This document shows positions 39,904 to 50,733 of a DNA stretch of 64,000 bases, one piece after another. Source of the DNA: an uncultured Chromatiales bacterium (GTDB lineage: Bacteria; Pseudomonadota; Gammaproteobacteria; SZUA-140). The stretch is from the NCBI GenBank assembly GCA_964384095.1, contig CAYLKC010000001.1, positions 1,106 to 65,105 of the forward strand, in the 5' to 3' direction. The notes under the pieces are model-generated. The model had not been told where the DNA came from and made no database searches. It saw only the letters and a program-made list of their open reading frames with translations. Numbering within the stretch: position 1 is the first letter of the stretch; every line of letters begins with the position of its first letter. The translations under genes were made by a program, and so were the position numbers.

Positions 39904-41288
39904 AGTCAAATGCGGAGAGAGTGATGAATCCGACCAGGATCCTGATAGTCGAAGATGATCCCGCCCTGCGAGATGCCCTGTGCGAAACGCTGAGTCACGC
40001 CGGTTATAGCGTCGAGAGCGCCGGCGACGGCGTCGCCGCGATGACGATGCTGGCGGATCCCGAGCGTCTGCGCGAGACCGGGCTGGTGATCAGCGACGTG
40101 CAGATGAGGCCGATGGATGGCCATGCGCTGCTCGGCGAGTTGCGCGCGCGCCATCCCGAGCTGCCGGTGCTGATGATGACCGCGTATGGCAGTATCCCGA
40201 AGGCGGTCGAGGCGATGCAGGCCGGCGCCGTCGATTATCTGGTCAAGCCGTTCGAGGCCGCAACCCTCGTCGATATGGTCGGGCGTTATCTCGGCCAGGA
40301 CAGCGGTGATGATGAAGGCATGATCGTCGCCGATCCTCGCAGCAGCTATATCGCGACGCTCGCCCGTCGCGTCGCCGGCACCGACGCGACGGTGATGATC
40401 ACCGGCGAGAGCGGCGCCGGCAAGGAAGTGCTGGCACGCTTCATCCACCGCCATTCGCCGCGCGCCTCGCAGCCATTCGTCGCGATCAACTGCGCGGCGA
40501 TCCCGGAGAATATGCTCGAGGCGACGCTGTTCGGTTACGAGAAGGGCGCCTTCACCGGCGCCTACGCCGCATCGCCGGGCAAGTTCGAGCAGGCGCAGCA
40601 GGGCACCTTGCTGCTCGACGAGATCTCGGAGATGGACCTCGGTTTACAGGCCAAGCTGCTGCGCGTGCTGCAGGAACGCGAGGTCGAACGTCTCGGCGGC
40701 CGCAAGGTGATCCCGCTCGATGTCCGCGTGCTCGCGACCTCGAACCGTGACCTCGCCGCGGAGGTCGCGGCCGGACGCTTTCGCGAGGACCTGTATTATC
40801 GCCTGAATGTCTTTCCGCTCCACCTGCCGCCATTGCGCGAGCGTCGAGCGGACATCCTCCCGCTCACGCGCCGGCTGCTGGCCCATCACGCCCGCGTGCA
40901 GGGTCGGCCGGCGCCGAGTCTGTCCGCGACGGCGGAGACCCGGCTGCTCGCGCACGCGTGGCCGGGGAACGTGCGTGAACTCGACAATGTCCTGCAGCGC
41001 GCGATGATCCTCCAGTCCGGCATGACGATCGACGAGGGCGACCTGCAGTTCGAGCCCTGCGGACGGGCGGAACCCGCCGTCAGCGCGGCGTCCGCACATG
41101 ACGGCGGACACGATGACGGCCCGGTGGCGGGTGATCTGCGCAGTCATGAACACCAGGTCATCGTCGAGACATTGAAATCGGTCCGCGGCAGCCGCAAGGC
41201 CGCCGCGGTCAGGCTGGGCATCAGCGAGCGCACGTTGCGCTACAAGCTGGCGAAGATCCGCGAGACCGGCGTGGAGTTGCCGGTCTGA
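39900..41288 (+). CDS. fleR: sigma-54-dependent response regulator FleR/FlrC
   Basis: REC (ILIVEDD ... D54-like ISDVQMRPMDG) + AAA+ (GESGAGKE ... GAFTGA) + HTH; ATGA overlap with fleS (alternative start 39924). Confidence 0.85.
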   Translation: MKSNAERVMNPTRILIVEDDPALRDALCETLSHAGYSVESAGDGVAAMTMLADPERLRETGLVISDVQMRPMDGHALLGELRARHPELPVLMMTAYGSIPKAVEAMQAGAVDYLVKPFEAATLVDMVGRYLGQDSGDDEGMIVADPRSSYIATLARRVAGTDATVMITGESGAGKEVLARFIHRHSPRASQPFVAINCAAIPENMLEATLFGYEKGAFTGAYAASPGKFEQAQQGTLLLDEISEMDLGLQAKLLRVLQEREVERLGGRKVIPLDVRVLATSNRDLAAEVAAGRFREDLYYRLNVFPLHLPPLRERRADILPLTRRLLAHHARVQGRPAPSLSATAETRLLAHAWPGNVRELDNVLQRAMILQSGMTIDEGDLQFEPCGRAEPAVSAASAHDGGHDDGPVAGDLRSHEHQVIVETLKSVRGSRKAAAVRLGISERTLRYKLAKIRETGVELPV

Positions 41289-41303
41289 TCCGCGCCAGGA
41301 GAA

Positions 41304-41321
41304 ATGGCTCGGAAGATGCAT
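41304..41321 (+). promoter_or_regulatory. sigma-54 promoter of fliE
   Basis: TGGCTC-N5-ATGCA with GG-N10-GC spacing, 34 nt upstream of fliE. Confidence 0.55.
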
Positions 41322-41354
41322 GAAACCATTTGACGGAACAGGAGGACACCGCCG

Positions 41355-41675
41355 ATGAGCGAAATCAACGCAGCACAGATGCTGTCGCAACTCAGGTCGA
41401 TGGCAGGCGCAGCCGGCAACGGCGCCGCGGAGATGAATGGCGCCGGCGACCCGGTGCGATTTTCTGAGCTGCTGGTCAAGGCCGTTGATCACGTCAACAC
41501 CTCGCAGCAGGAGGTGCGCCAGTTGCGCGAGGCCTTCCAGGCCGGCGGCGAGGACGTGGACCTGAGCCGCGTGATGATCGCCTCGCAAAAGGCCAGCGTC
41601 GAATTCCAGCTCATGATGCAGGCGCGCAATCGTTTGATCAGCGCTTACCAGGACATCATGAGCATGCAGATCTAG
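41355..41675 (+). CDS. fliE: flagellar hook-basal body protein FliE
   Basis: FliE C-terminus (VMIASQKASVEFQLMMQARNRLISAYQDIMSMQI). Confidence 0.9.
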   Translation: MSEINAAQMLSQLRSMAGAAGNGAAEMNGAGDPVRFSELLVKAVDHVNTSQQEVRQLREAFQAGGEDVDLSRVMIASQKASVEFQLMMQARNRLISAYQDIMSMQI

Positions 41676-41700
41676 TGACTGAACCGGGAGCAGCTTCCTC

Positions 41701-43317
41701 ATGGCGCTGGTAAAGACGGACGATATGGTGCTCCCCGCGCGGGGATTCTACGGCCTGCCGCTGGTGCGCCAGCTGGGCCTGATGGTGGGTCTCGCCGCCA
41801 GTGTCGCGATCGGCGTGGCCGTCGTGCTGTGGTCGCAACAGCCCGGCCACAAGCTGTTGTACAGCAATCTGGCCGATCAGGATTCGGGCGCGATCGCCGA
41901 CTCGCTGCAGCGCGCCGGCATCCCCTATTCCTTTGCCAACGGGACCGCCACGATCATGGTACCGGAGAGTCACGTCCATGAGGCGAGACTCAAGCTGGCG
42001 GGCGAGGGCCTGCCGCGCGGCACCGGCGGCGGCTATGAGCTGCTCGAGAATCAGAAGGGCTTCGGCGTCAGCCAGTTCATGGAGAACGCGCGCTATCAGC
42101 GTGCCCTCGAGGGGGAGCTGGCGATGACGATCATGGCGATCAACAGCGTGCGCAGCGCGCGCGTCCACCTTGCGATCCCGCGCCAGACCGCCTTTGCCCG
42201 CAACCAGAAGCAGCCGACCGCGTCGGTCACCGTCGATCTGTACCCGGGACGTTCCCTGAACGAGGGCCAGGCTGCCGCGATCAGTCACATGGTGGCCGCC
42301 AGTATCCCGAATCTCGATGTCGATCATGTCACCATCATCGACCAGAGCGGCCGCTTGCTGACCGACGGCAGCGTCGACGGCAATGTACGGCTGTCGGCCA
42401 CCCAGTTCGACTACCGCAAGCGGATAGAGGACCATTACATCCGCCGTATCGAGGATATCCTGACGCCGATCACCGGCCCCGGCGCAGTCCGCGCCCAGGT
42501 CAATGCCGATATCGATTTCACCGTCACCGAGCAGACCCGCGAGTCGTACAATCCCGACCAGCGCGCGATCAGGAGCGAACAGGTCGTGGAAGAGACCACC
42601 ACGGGCGGACGGCAGTTGCCGTTCGGCGTGCCGGGCAGTCTGTCGAACCAGCCGCCGGCGCCGGCCACGGTCGCGGGTGAGGAGGACGCCGCAACCCTGG
42701 CCGAACCGCCGGGGAGCAGCAGCCGGCGCAATGTCCGTAATTTCGAGCTCGACAAGACCATCAGTCACACGCGCATGAACGGTGGCGTCGTACGCAGGCT
42801 GTCGGCCGCGGTCGTCGTCGATGATCGCACGACCGTCGGCGCCGAGGGCGCGGCCGTGCGCACGCCGCTCAGTGAGGAGGAACTGACCCGCATCACCCAG
42901 CTGGTCCGCGAGGCGATCGGCTTCGATGTCGAGCGCGGCGACAGCGTCAATGTCATCAATGCCTCATTCACCCAGGCGCCGGAGCTCGAGCCGCTGCCGG
43001 AGCCGTCGGTGTTCGAGGGCGTCGATTTCTGGGGCATCATCAAGCAGCTGCTCGCCATCGCGCTGGTCGCGGTGCTGGTATTCGGCGTCCTCCGTCCGGT
43101 GTTGCGCGAACTCGCGACCAAGGGCCGTTCGCAACCGCCGGTGCTGGCCCAGGGGGTCGACGTCGCTGATGACCAGCTCAGTCTCGGCGCCGGTGGCCGT
43201 GCCGCGCTGCCGCGGACCCAGAGTCTCGACGCCAACCTCGAGACCGCGCGTTCGCTTGCCTCGCAGGACCCGAAGCGGGTCGCGCAGGTGGTCAGGAACT
43301 GGGTCGCAACGGAGTAG
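41701..43317 (+). CDS. fliF: flagellar MS-ring protein FliF
   Basis: Two TM segments flanking the periplasmic YscJ/FliF domain. Confidence 0.95.
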   Translation: MALVKTDDMVLPARGFYGLPLVRQLGLMVGLAASVAIGVAVVLWSQQPGHKLLYSNLADQDSGAIADSLQRAGIPYSFANGTATIMVPESHVHEARLKLAGEGLPRGTGGGYELLENQKGFGVSQFMENARYQRALEGELAMTIMAINSVRSARVHLAIPRQTAFARNQKQPTASVTVDLYPGRSLNEGQAAAISHMVAASIPNLDVDHVTIIDQSGRLLTDGSVDGNVRLSATQFDYRKRIEDHYIRRIEDILTPITGPGAVRAQVNADIDFTVTEQTRESYNPDQRAIRSEQVVEETTTGGRQLPFGVPGSLSNQPPAPATVAGEEDAATLAEPPGSSSRRNVRNFELDKTISHTRMNGGVVRRLSAAVVVDDRTTVGAEGAAVRTPLSEEELTRITQLVREAIGFDVERGDSVNVINASFTQAPELEPLPEPSVFEGVDFWGIIKQLLAIALVAVLVFGVLRPVLRELATKGRSQPPVLAQGVDVADDQLSLGAGGRAALPRTQSLDANLETARSLASQDPKRVAQVVRNWVATE

Positions 43318-43320
43318 ACG

Positions 43321-44346
43321 ATGGCAGCACAGGATAAAAAATCCCAGCAGGGGTCGATCAGCGGCATCGAGCGGGCGGCGATCCTGCTGCTGAGTATCGG
43401 CGAGCAGAGCGCCGCCGAGGTGCTGAAGCTGATCGGCCCGCGCGAGGTGCACAAGGTCAGTACGGCGATGGCCGGGTTGCGTAATGTCTCGACTGAGCAG
43501 GCCAATACGGTGCTGAACGAGTTTGTCGACGCGGTCGGCCGGGAGACCTCCTATGGCGTCGGATCGCATGACTATCTGCGCAATATCCTCGTCAAGGCGC
43601 TTGGCGAGGACAAGGCCGGCAATATCATCGATCAGGTGCTCAAGGTCGAGGATTCCTCGGGGCTAGAACAGCTCAAATGGATGGATTCACGGTCGATCGT
43701 CGAGGTCGTCAAGCACGAGCATCCACAGATCATCGCAGTGGTGCTGTCCTATCTCGATCCCGAACAGGCCGCCGAGGTGCTGGGACAATTGCCGGAGAAG
43801 CTGCGTGCCGACGTTCTGTTGCGCGTCGCGGTCCTCGATCGCCTGCAGCCATCGGCCTTGCAGGAACTCAATCGCGTCATCGAGGAACAGTTCCTGGGCA
43901 ACTCGCTGGCGAAGTCATCCGGGCTCGGTGGCGTCAAGACCGCAGCCAATATCCTCAACCTGATGGATGCCTCACTCGAGAACAACATCATGGAGCAGGT
44001 CAACGAATACAGCGCCGAACTCGCGGAAAAGATCCAGGACCTGATGTTCGTATTCGACAACCTGGTCGATATCAGCGATCGCGGCATCCAGTCACTGCTG
44101 CGCGAGGTCTCTTCCGAGACCCTGGTGCTGGCGATGAAGGGCGCCGACCAGGCGCTGAAGGAAAAGATCTTCAAGAACATGTCGAAGCGCGCCGGCGAGA
44201 TGCTGCGCGACGATCTCGAGGCCAAGGGTCCGGTGCGCCTGAGCGAGGTCGAAGCGGCGCAGAAGGAGATCCTCGCGATCGCGCGCCGCCTCGCCGAATC
44301 CGGAGACATAGCGTTGGGTGGCAAGGGTGGAGAAGAGTACATTTAA
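43321..44346 (+). CDS. fliG: flagellar motor switch protein FliG
   Basis: FliG N/M/C domains (ILLLSIGEQSAAEVLK ... MFVFDNLVDISDRGIQSLLREV). Confidence 0.95.
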   Translation: MAAQDKKSQQGSISGIERAAILLLSIGEQSAAEVLKLIGPREVHKVSTAMAGLRNVSTEQANTVLNEFVDAVGRETSYGVGSHDYLRNILVKALGEDKAGNIIDQVLKVEDSSGLEQLKWMDSRSIVEVVKHEHPQIIAVVLSYLDPEQAAEVLGQLPEKLRADVLLRVAVLDRLQPSALQELNRVIEEQFLGNSLAKSSGLGGVKTAANILNLMDASLENNIMEQVNEYSAELAEKIQDLMFVFDNLVDISDRGIQSLLREVSSETLVLAMKGADQALKEKIFKNMSKRAGEMLRDDLEAKGPVRLSEVEAAQKEILAIARRLAESGDIALGGKGGEEYI

Positions 44347-44998
44347 GGTCATCAGCGGCGATGAGGCCACGGCGGACTTCCGGCCCTGGGAACTCCCCGA
44401 GGTCGAGGCCTCCGCCGCGCGCGCCGCTTCACCGGATGAAGGCGCCGGTTTGCTGCTGACGGCCGGCCGTATCGAGGAGATCCAGCGCCAGGCGCATGGT
44501 GAGGCCTTCGAGCTTGGCCGGCGGGAAGGTCTCGAACACGGGCGCGCGGAGGCTCAGGCCGAGGTCGAGCGCCTGCGCGGCATCCTCCGCCTGCTCGCGG
44601 CGCCGCTTGCCGAGCTCGACGACGCGGTCGTCGAGGAACTCGGCCGCCTCTCGGTCACGATCGCCCGCCATGTCATCCGGCGCGAAGTCAGGACCGATCC
44701 CCGCCAGATCCTCGGCGTCGTGCGCCAGGCCGCCGAGGCGCTGCCGGTGGCGACGAGACGTGTGCGATTGTTCCTGCATCCGGACGACGCCGCGATCGTG
44801 CGCGAATCAATGTCATCCGCGACCGAGCAGGGCGGTGGCTGGGAGCTCGTCGAGGATCCCGCGATCGGCCGTGGCGGCTGCCGGGTCGAGACCGAGAGCT
44901 CACGCATCGATGCGACCATCGAGAAGCGGATAGCGGCGATCGCCGCGGAGCTGCTCGGCGGCGAGCGGGAGGGCGATGATGACCGCGGCGGTGACTGA
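44318..44998 (+). CDS. fliH: flagellar assembly protein FliH (start uncertain)
   Basis: FliH-like C-terminal region; position between fliG and fliI. Confidence 0.75.
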   Translation: MARVEKSTFKVISGDEATADFRPWELPEVEASAARAASPDEGAGLLLTAGRIEEIQRQAHGEAFELGRREGLEHGRAEAQAEVERLRGILRLLAAPLAELDDAVVEELGRLSVTIARHVIRREVRTDPRQILGVVRQAAEALPVATRRVRLFLHPDDAAIVRESMSSATEQGGGWELVEDPAIGRGGCRVETESSRIDATIEKRIAAIAAELLGGEREGDDDRGGD

Positions 44999-46385
44999 GC
45001 ACGCCGAACGTTGGCGCCGGCGCATCGCTGCGGCCGCTGAGCAGCTCGGTGAGCGCTCCACGCTGATCGTCGAGGGCAAGATCACGCGCATGGTCGGCCT
45101 GACGCTGGAGGCCGCCGGCTGCCAGGCGGCGATCGGCGATCGCTGCCTGGTCGAGAACAGCACCGGCAGCCCGGTCGAGGCCGAGGTCGTCGGCTTCGCG
45201 GGCGACCGCACATTCCTGATGCCGAGCGGCGACATCCGCGGCCTGGTGCCGAGCGCGCGTGTGATCCCGACCGGCAAGGTCTATTCGGCCGCGGTCGGCG
45301 ACGCGCTGCTCGGCCGCATCATCGACGGCACAGGCAACCCGCTCGACGGTCGCGGTCCGGTCCGTACGACCGCGACCTGGCCGTTGCTCGGTCGCCAGGT
45401 CAACCCGCTGACGCGCTCCTTGATCGAGGAACCGCTCGATGTCGGTGTCCGCGCGATCAACACGCTGTTGACGATCGGCCGCGGCCAGCGCCTTGGGTTG
45501 TTTGCCGGCAGTGGCGTCGGCAAGAGTGTGCTGCTCGGCATGATGACGCGATTCACCGATGCCGATGTCGTCGTCGTCGGCCTGATCGGAGAGCGCGGGC
45601 GAGAAGTCAAGGAGTTCACCGACCGTATCCTCGGCGCCAGGAGCATGTCCCGTTCCGTCGTCGTTGCGACGCCGGCCGACACGCCGCCGATGCTGCGGCT
45701 GCATGGCGCGATGCTGGCGACCAGCATCGCCGAATACTACCGGGACAAGGGCCTCAAGGTCCTGCTGCTGATGGATTCACTGACCCGCTTCGCCCAGGCG
45801 CAGCGCGAGGTGGCGCTGGCGATCGGCGAGCCGCCGGCGACCCGCGGCTACCCGCCCTCGGTGTTCGCGAAACTGCCGCAGCTGGTCGAGCGCGCCGGCA
45901 ATGGCGACAATGGCGGGTCCATCACCGCAATCTACACCGTATTGACCGAGGGCGACGACCACCAGGACCCGGTCGCCGATTCGGCGCGCGCGATCCTCGA
46001 CGGCCATATCGTACTGTCACGGGACATCGCCGACGCCGGCCATTATCCCGCCATCGATATCGAGTCCTCGGTCAGCCGCGTCATGAATGAGATCATCAGC
46101 AACGATCATCGCCGCCAGGTGATGCGGTTCCGCCAGCTCTATTCGAATTATCGCAAGAATCGCGACCTGATCAGCGTCGGCGCCTATGCCCGGGGCAGCG
46201 ATCCCCGCATCGACGAGGCGATCCAGTTCTGGCCGCAGCTGACGCGGTTCCTGCAGCAGGACATGAATGAGCGCGTGACCTTCCAGCAGGGGATCAAGGG
46301 GCTCGCCGACGTACTCGGTGATACGCAGAAACCGGCGTCGTCCGCCGCAAGGATTGACGTCAAACAGGGAGGCAAGAGGTCATGA
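44976..46385 (+). CDS. fliI: flagellum-specific ATP synthase FliI
   Basis: Walker [14 protein letters not shown] and Walker B of the F1/T3SS ATPase family. Confidence 0.95.
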   Translation: MMTAAVTEHAERWRRRIAAAAEQLGERSTLIVEGKITRMVGLTLEAAGCQAAIGDRCLVENSTGSPVEAEVVGFAGDRTFLMPSGDIRGLVPSARVIPTGKVYSAAVGDALLGRIIDGTGNPLDGRGPVRTTATWPLLGRQVNPLTRSLIEEPLDVGVRAINTLLTIGRGQRLGLFAGSGVGKSVLLGMMTRFTDADVVVVGLIGERGREVKEFTDRILGARSMSRSVVVATPADTPPMLRLHGAMLATSIAEYYRDKGLKVLLLMDSLTRFAQAQREVALAIGEPPATRGYPPSVFAKLPQLVERAGNGDNGGSITAIYTVLTEGDDHQDPVADSARAILDGHIVLSRDIADAGHYPAIDIESSVSRVMNEIISNDHRRQVMRFRQLYSNYRKNRDLISVGAYARGSDPRIDEAIQFWPQLTRFLQQDMNERVTFQQGIKGLADVLGDTQKPASSAARIDVKQGGKRS

Positions 46386-46834
46386 CCCGATCGGATCGCC
46401 TGCGGCCCATCGCCGGGCTGGCGAAGAACACCGAAGATTCCGCGGCCACCGTGCTCGGTCAGGCGCGCCGGCACTGCGAGGAGCAGGAGCACCGGCTCGC
46501 GGAACTGCAGCAGTTCCAGCGTGAGTACAGCGAGCGCTTCCAGGCGCTAGGCCAGACGGGTATCGATATCCGTCGCGTCCACGAATATCGCCGCTTCAAC
46601 GATCGCCTGAATGAGGTCATCGAACAGCAGCGCAAACTGCTCGACGAGAGCCGGCGCCAGCTCGAGCAGCACAACCGCAACTGGTCCGAGGCCAGCGCCA
46701 AACGCCGCGCCCTCGACCGGACCATCGATCGCTTCCGCAGCGAAGAGGCCATACATGCCGGCCGCCGCGAGCAGCGCGACAGCGACGAGCATGCGCAGCG
46801 GATGCGGGCCTTGTTCGACGGCTACGGCAGCTGA
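46382..46834 (+). CDS. fliJ: flagellar export protein FliJ
   Basis: 150-aa coiled-coil protein; ATGA overlap with the fliI stop. Confidence 0.8.
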   Translation: MTRSDRLRPIAGLAKNTEDSAATVLGQARRHCEEQEHRLAELQQFQREYSERFQALGQTGIDIRRVHEYRRFNDRLNEVIEQQRKLLDESRRQLEQHNRNWSEASAKRRALDRTIDRFRSEEAIHAGRREQRDSDEHAQRMRALFDGYGS

Positions 46835-46859
46835 GGCGCGGCGCCAGCGCCAACGGGCG

Positions 46860-46877
46860 TTGGCATGTAACTTGCTC
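46860..46877 (+). promoter_or_regulatory. sigma-54 promoter of fliK
   Basis: TGGCAT-N5-TTGCT, ~45 nt upstream of fliK. Confidence 0.7.
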
Positions 46878-46921
46878 TTTTCCCTGTCGACGAGTTTCCA
46901 GAACAGGCGGCGAGACCGACC

Positions 46922-48094
46922 GTGACTGCCCAGATTCCACAAATGATGTCCGCGGAAGCCGGAACGGCGGCCCTCCGCGCCGATCCTGCGGGCCCGTACG
47001 CGCACAGCGCGCCGGACGCTGACCACTTTGCCGGCATGATGTCGCGTTTCGGCGGTCCACCGGCCACGCGGGACGGTTCGGCCTTTCCGCCCGCTGGCGA
47101 CGGCTTGCCGGAAGGCGGCCAGATCTTGCCGGAGGACCAGCCGCTGACGGAGGGCGAAGATTCCGCGCTGTTCGGCCTGTCGCTGTCGCTCGCGGACCTC
47201 GAGGCAATGCCGCCACCGCTGCGCGCGGCGTTGACCATTGCCCTGCGCGAGGCCAGCGCGGGTCAGCCGCTGACGGAAGAGGCCGTGGCGCGGGCGATGC
47301 AATCACTGACATCGCCGCATGCAGGTCTGACGGCGCTGGCCGCGGAAGCGGATGCGCGCGCGGAGGCAGCCAGACAGGCGATGCTCTCTGCGGCGCAGTC
47401 GCCCGAGTGGCTGGCGGCGCGCAATGAATCGGCCGGCCAGCTCCAGGGCATGAGTCCCGTCATTCCGCCGCAGGCGGCCGCCGCGCAGGCAGCAATGACG
47501 AAGGCGGAGGCCACCGCGCTGTTGTCACAGCCCGGCGCCCTCGCCACACTCTCGGGCCTGGTCGATGCGGCGGAGTCCGGCGCCTCACCCCACGCGCCGA
47601 CCCTGTCACCGGCCTCATCGTTGATGTCGCCGGGCCTCGACCGCGCGCTGCCGGGCTGGACGCTGGCGACGCCGCTGCACCAGTCGCAACAGTGGAGCGA
47701 AGAGGTCGGACAGCGCATCCGCTGGATGGTTGGTAACCAGGTCCAGGCCGCAGAACTGCGCATCAACCCGCCGCAGCTCGGACCGATCGAGGTCCGCATC
47801 AGCATGCAGAACGACCAGATGAACGTCAGCTTCCTGGCCCAGCAGGGGCAGGTCAGGGATGCGCTCGAAGACGCGATACCGCGACTGCGCGAGATGCTGG
47901 GCCAGCAGGGCTTTGCCAGTGTCAACGTCGATGTCTCCGGGCATTCCGCACGGCATGACGGCGACGCGGAAGCGGATGGCCACGGACCTGTCGATGGCGC
48001 GGTGAGTGGCGCCGGCACGGAGCCCGGCGGCCAGGGCGGCGACGACGGCTGGCGCATGTCCTCGACCCGCGGCCTGATCGATACCTACGCCTGA
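46922..48094 (+). CDS. fliK: flagellar hook-length control protein FliK
   Basis: Pro/Ala-rich ruler region plus C-terminal Flg_hook domain (AELRINPPQLGPIEVRISMQNDQMNVSF). Confidence 0.85.
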   Translation: MTAQIPQMMSAEAGTAALRADPAGPYAHSAPDADHFAGMMSRFGGPPATRDGSAFPPAGDGLPEGGQILPEDQPLTEGEDSALFGLSLSLADLEAMPPPLRAALTIALREASAGQPLTEEAVARAMQSLTSPHAGLTALAAEADARAEAARQAMLSAAQSPEWLAARNESAGQLQGMSPVIPPQAAAAQAAMTKAEATALLSQPGALATLSGLVDAAESGASPHAPTLSPASSLMSPGLDRALPGWTLATPLHQSQQWSEEVGQRIRWMVGNQVQAAELRINPPQLGPIEVRISMQNDQMNVSFLAQQGQVRDALEDAIPRLREMLGQQGFASVNVDVSGHSARHDGDAEADGHGPVDGAVSGAGTEPGGQGGDDGWRMSSTRGLIDTYA

Positions 48095-48245
48095 ACCGCG
48101 ACCGCGGTTCTCCTCACCGATCTGATCACCCCGCCGCGTGGCGGCTTCCCGGCATTGTCTCCGGACCCCAGTCAAATTACCGGCAAGCCCCACAACACCA
48201 TCTCCAAGTATCTGTTTTATATGATCTAAAAAATCTCGTCATGGG

Positions 48246-48263
48246 CTGGCATACGTATTGCTA
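48246..48263 (+). promoter_or_regulatory. sigma-54 promoter of fliLMNOPQR-flhB
   Basis: TGGCAT-N5-TTGCT perfect core with GG-N10-GC spacing; AT-rich tract upstream. Confidence 0.7.
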
Positions 48264-48299
48264 AAGGACAGTCAGACGAAACCAGCGGAGGGAGCCGTA

Positions 48300-48851
48300 A
48301 TGGCGATCGACCAGACCATGAACGAAGACGAAGACCGCGAGGCCGCGCCGCCGCCTGCCAGGAAGGGCGGCGTCATGAAGGTCCTGCTGATCGTGTTCTC
48401 GGTGCTGCTGCTGATCGTCGCGAGCGTCGGTACGACGCTGGTGATGACCGGCGGCATCGATGAACTGATCACGGCGCGCGGCGGCGAGGATAGCGCCGGC
48501 AGTGACGGCAAGCGCGCGGCCAGCCGGCCTTCGCCGCCGATCTATGTCGAGCTCGGCGAACCATTCGTCGTCAACTTCATCGAGGGCAACCAGGTCCGCT
48601 ACCTGCAGGTCAAGATCGAGGTCATGACCCGCGACAGTACGATCCCGCAGGCGATCTCGACCCATCTGCCGAAGATCCGCAACAACCTCGTGTTCATGTT
48701 CAGCGGTTTCGACTATGCCTCGCTGGCGACCGTGACCGGCAAGCAGAAGATCCGCGATGAGGCGCTGGCCGAGATCCAGGGCATCCTCAACGACGAGATC
48801 GGCAATCCCGGCGTCGAGTCGGTCTATTTCACCAGCTTCGTGATGCAGTAG
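48300..48851 (+). CDS. fliL: flagellar basal-body-associated protein FliL
   Basis: Single TM helix plus FliL periplasmic domain; start moved to the ATG (MAIDQTM) with a GGAGGGA RBS because the listed TTG at 48258 lies inside the sigma-54 promoter. Confidence 0.85.
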   Translation: MAIDQTMNEDEDREAAPPPARKGGVMKVLLIVFSVLLLIVASVGTTLVMTGGIDELITARGGEDSAGSDGKRAASRPSPPIYVELGEPFVVNFIEGNQVRYLQVKIEVMTRDSTIPQAISTHLPKIRNNLVFMFSGFDYASLATVTGKQKIRDEALAEIQGILNDEIGNPGVESVYFTSFVMQ

Positions 48852-48855
48852 GCCC

Positions 48856-49872
48856 ATGGCGACCAGTGATCTTCTGACCCAGGACGAGATCGACGCGCTG
48901 CTGCATGGCGTATCCAGCGGCGAGGTCGAGGCGGAGTCCGACCAGCCCCTGATCGAAGGCGAGGTCAGCGAATACGATTTTGCCAGCCAGGACCGCATCG
49001 TCCGCGGCCGGCTGCCGACACTCGAGATCATCAACGAGCGCTTCGCGCGCTATCTCCGCGTAAGCTTGTTCAACATGCTGCGCCGCACCGCCGAGATCCA
49101 GGTCGGCGCGGTGCAGATGGTCAAGTTCTCCGAATACGTCCACAGCCTGTTCGTGCCGGCGAGCCTGAACCTGGTCCGGGTCCATCCGCTCAAGGGCACC
49201 GCGCTGATGGTCATCGATCCACGGCTGGTGTTCACGATCGTCGACAACTTCTTCGGTGGCGACGGACGCTTCAACACGCGCATCGAGGGCCGCGAATTCA
49301 CGCCGGCCGAGCAACGCATCATCCGCATCATCGTAGACCTCGCCTTCCGTGACATCCAGGAGGCCTGGAGTCCGGCGATCGGGGTCAACCTCGAATTCCT
49401 CAATATGGAAATCAACCCGCATTTCGCCAACATCGTCAGTCCCAGCGAGGTGGTGGTGGTATGCCCTTTCCATGCCGACTTCGAGGGTGGCGGCGGCGAC
49501 CTGCACATCACGATGCCCTATTCGATGGTCGAGCCGATCCGCGAGATCCTCGAGACCCGCATTCAGACCGATCGCGTCGATATGGACGAGCGCTGGATGA
49601 ATTCACTGCGCAGCGAGCTGATGCACGCCGAGGTCGAGCTGTCGAGCACGCTGCTGGAAACGCAGCTGTCAGTGCGTGATATCAGCAATCTCAAACCCGG
49701 TGACATCATCCCGGTCGAGCTGCCGGAAACGGTCACCGCGGTCGTCAATGACATCCCGGTCGTGCGCGGGGTGTTCGGCAGGTCAGATGGCCGCAATGCG
49801 ATAAAGGTCACCAGCATTGTCAAGGCGCCTGCGAACAGGCAACTGATGTCCATCACAGGAGTGGAACAATGA
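48856..49872 (+). CDS. fliM: flagellar motor switch protein FliM
   Basis: LSQDEIDALL CheY-binding N-terminus and conserved middle domain. Confidence 0.95.
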   Translation: MATSDLLTQDEIDALLHGVSSGEVEAESDQPLIEGEVSEYDFASQDRIVRGRLPTLEIINERFARYLRVSLFNMLRRTAEIQVGAVQMVKFSEYVHSLFVPASLNLVRVHPLKGTALMVIDPRLVFTIVDNFFGGDGRFNTRIEGREFTPAEQRIIRIIVDLAFRDIQEAWSPAIGVNLEFLNMEINPHFANIVSPSEVVVVCPFHADFEGGGGDLHITMPYSMVEPIREILETRIQTDRVDMDERWMNSLRSELMHAEVELSSTLLETQLSVRDISNLKPGDIIPVELPETVTAVVNDIPVVRGVFGRSDGRNAIKVTSIVKAPANRQLMSITGVEQ

Positions 49873-50279
49873 ACACCAGCGAAAGAACAGGCACGCAGCA
49901 GGAGCCGGCCGCCGCGCGCGCCGCGGCGCCCGCCAACGGCGACGGTCAGGACTACGCCCGCGCGGATTTCGAGAATCTGGAGGCAGAGGCCGGCGACGGT
50001 GACGGTGACAACCTCGGCAACAAGAGCCTGGACATGGTCCTCGATATCCCGGTCGCGGTCGCGGTCGAGATCGGCCGCACCAAGATGTCGATCAGCAACC
50101 TCCTCAAGCTGAACCAGGGGTCGGTCGTCGAGCTGGACCGCTTCGCGGGTGAGCCTATGGATATCACCGTCAACGGCACCCTGATCGCCCATGGCGAGGT
50201 GGTCGTCGTCAACGAAAAGTTCGGAATCCGGCTGACCGACATCGTCAGCGCCGCGGAACGGGTCAAGAAGCTCAAATAA
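49869..50279 (+). CDS. fliN: flagellar motor switch protein FliN
   Basis: SpoA C-terminal domain (VELDRFAGEPMDITVNGTLIAHGEVVVVNEKFGIRLT). Confidence 0.9.
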   Translation: MNTSERTGTQQEPAAARAAAPANGDGQDYARADFENLEAEAGDGDGDNLGNKSLDMVLDIPVAVAVEIGRTKMSISNLLKLNQGSVVELDRFAGEPMDITVNGTLIAHGEVVVVNEKFGIRLTDIVSAAERVKKLK

Positions 50280-50280
50280 C

Positions 50281-50733
50281 ATGCGCGCCTCCCGCATTCC
50301 GATTCTGATCGCAGTGATGGCGGCCTTGCCGGGCGCCGTTGTCGCCAGCGAGACCGCCGCGGATGCCTATCGCGGCAGCGAGGTCATCTCACTCGGCGGT
50401 CTGCTGCAGATGGCGACCGGACTGGTGATGGTCCTGCTGCTGATCTTCGGCGTCGCCTGGTTCGCCAAGCGTTTCGGCCGCCTGCAGGGCGTCGCCACTG
50501 ATCGCCTGCGCCTGATGGGTGGCGTCCATCTCGGCAACCGTGAACGCATCATCCTGCTGCAGGCCGAGGACGTGCGCCTCGTGGTCGGCGTGAGTCCGGG
50601 CTGTATCCGCACACTGCACGTGCTGCCTGCAGAGGAGGGCCACACCGAAACCGCGGGCCCCCGTCCATCCGGCGCCGACGACAGTTTCCTCAGCCGATTC
50701 AACCAGGAAATCAGAAAGAGACTACAGTCATGA
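50281..50733 (+). CDS. fliO: flagellar biosynthesis protein FliO
   Basis: Single TM helix followed by FliO domain; position before fliP. Confidence 0.8.
   Translation: MRASRIPILIAVMAALPGAVVASETAADAYRGSEVISLGGLLQMATGLVMVLLLIFGVAWFAKRFGRLQGVATDRLRLMGGVHLGNRERIILLQAEDVRLVVGVSPGCIRTLHVLPAEEGHTETAGPRPSGADDSFLSRFNQEIRKRLQS

Noticed and set aside
40644-42768. Minus-strand ORFs 40644-41702 and 41656-42768
   Set aside because: Antisense to fleR, fliE and fliF.
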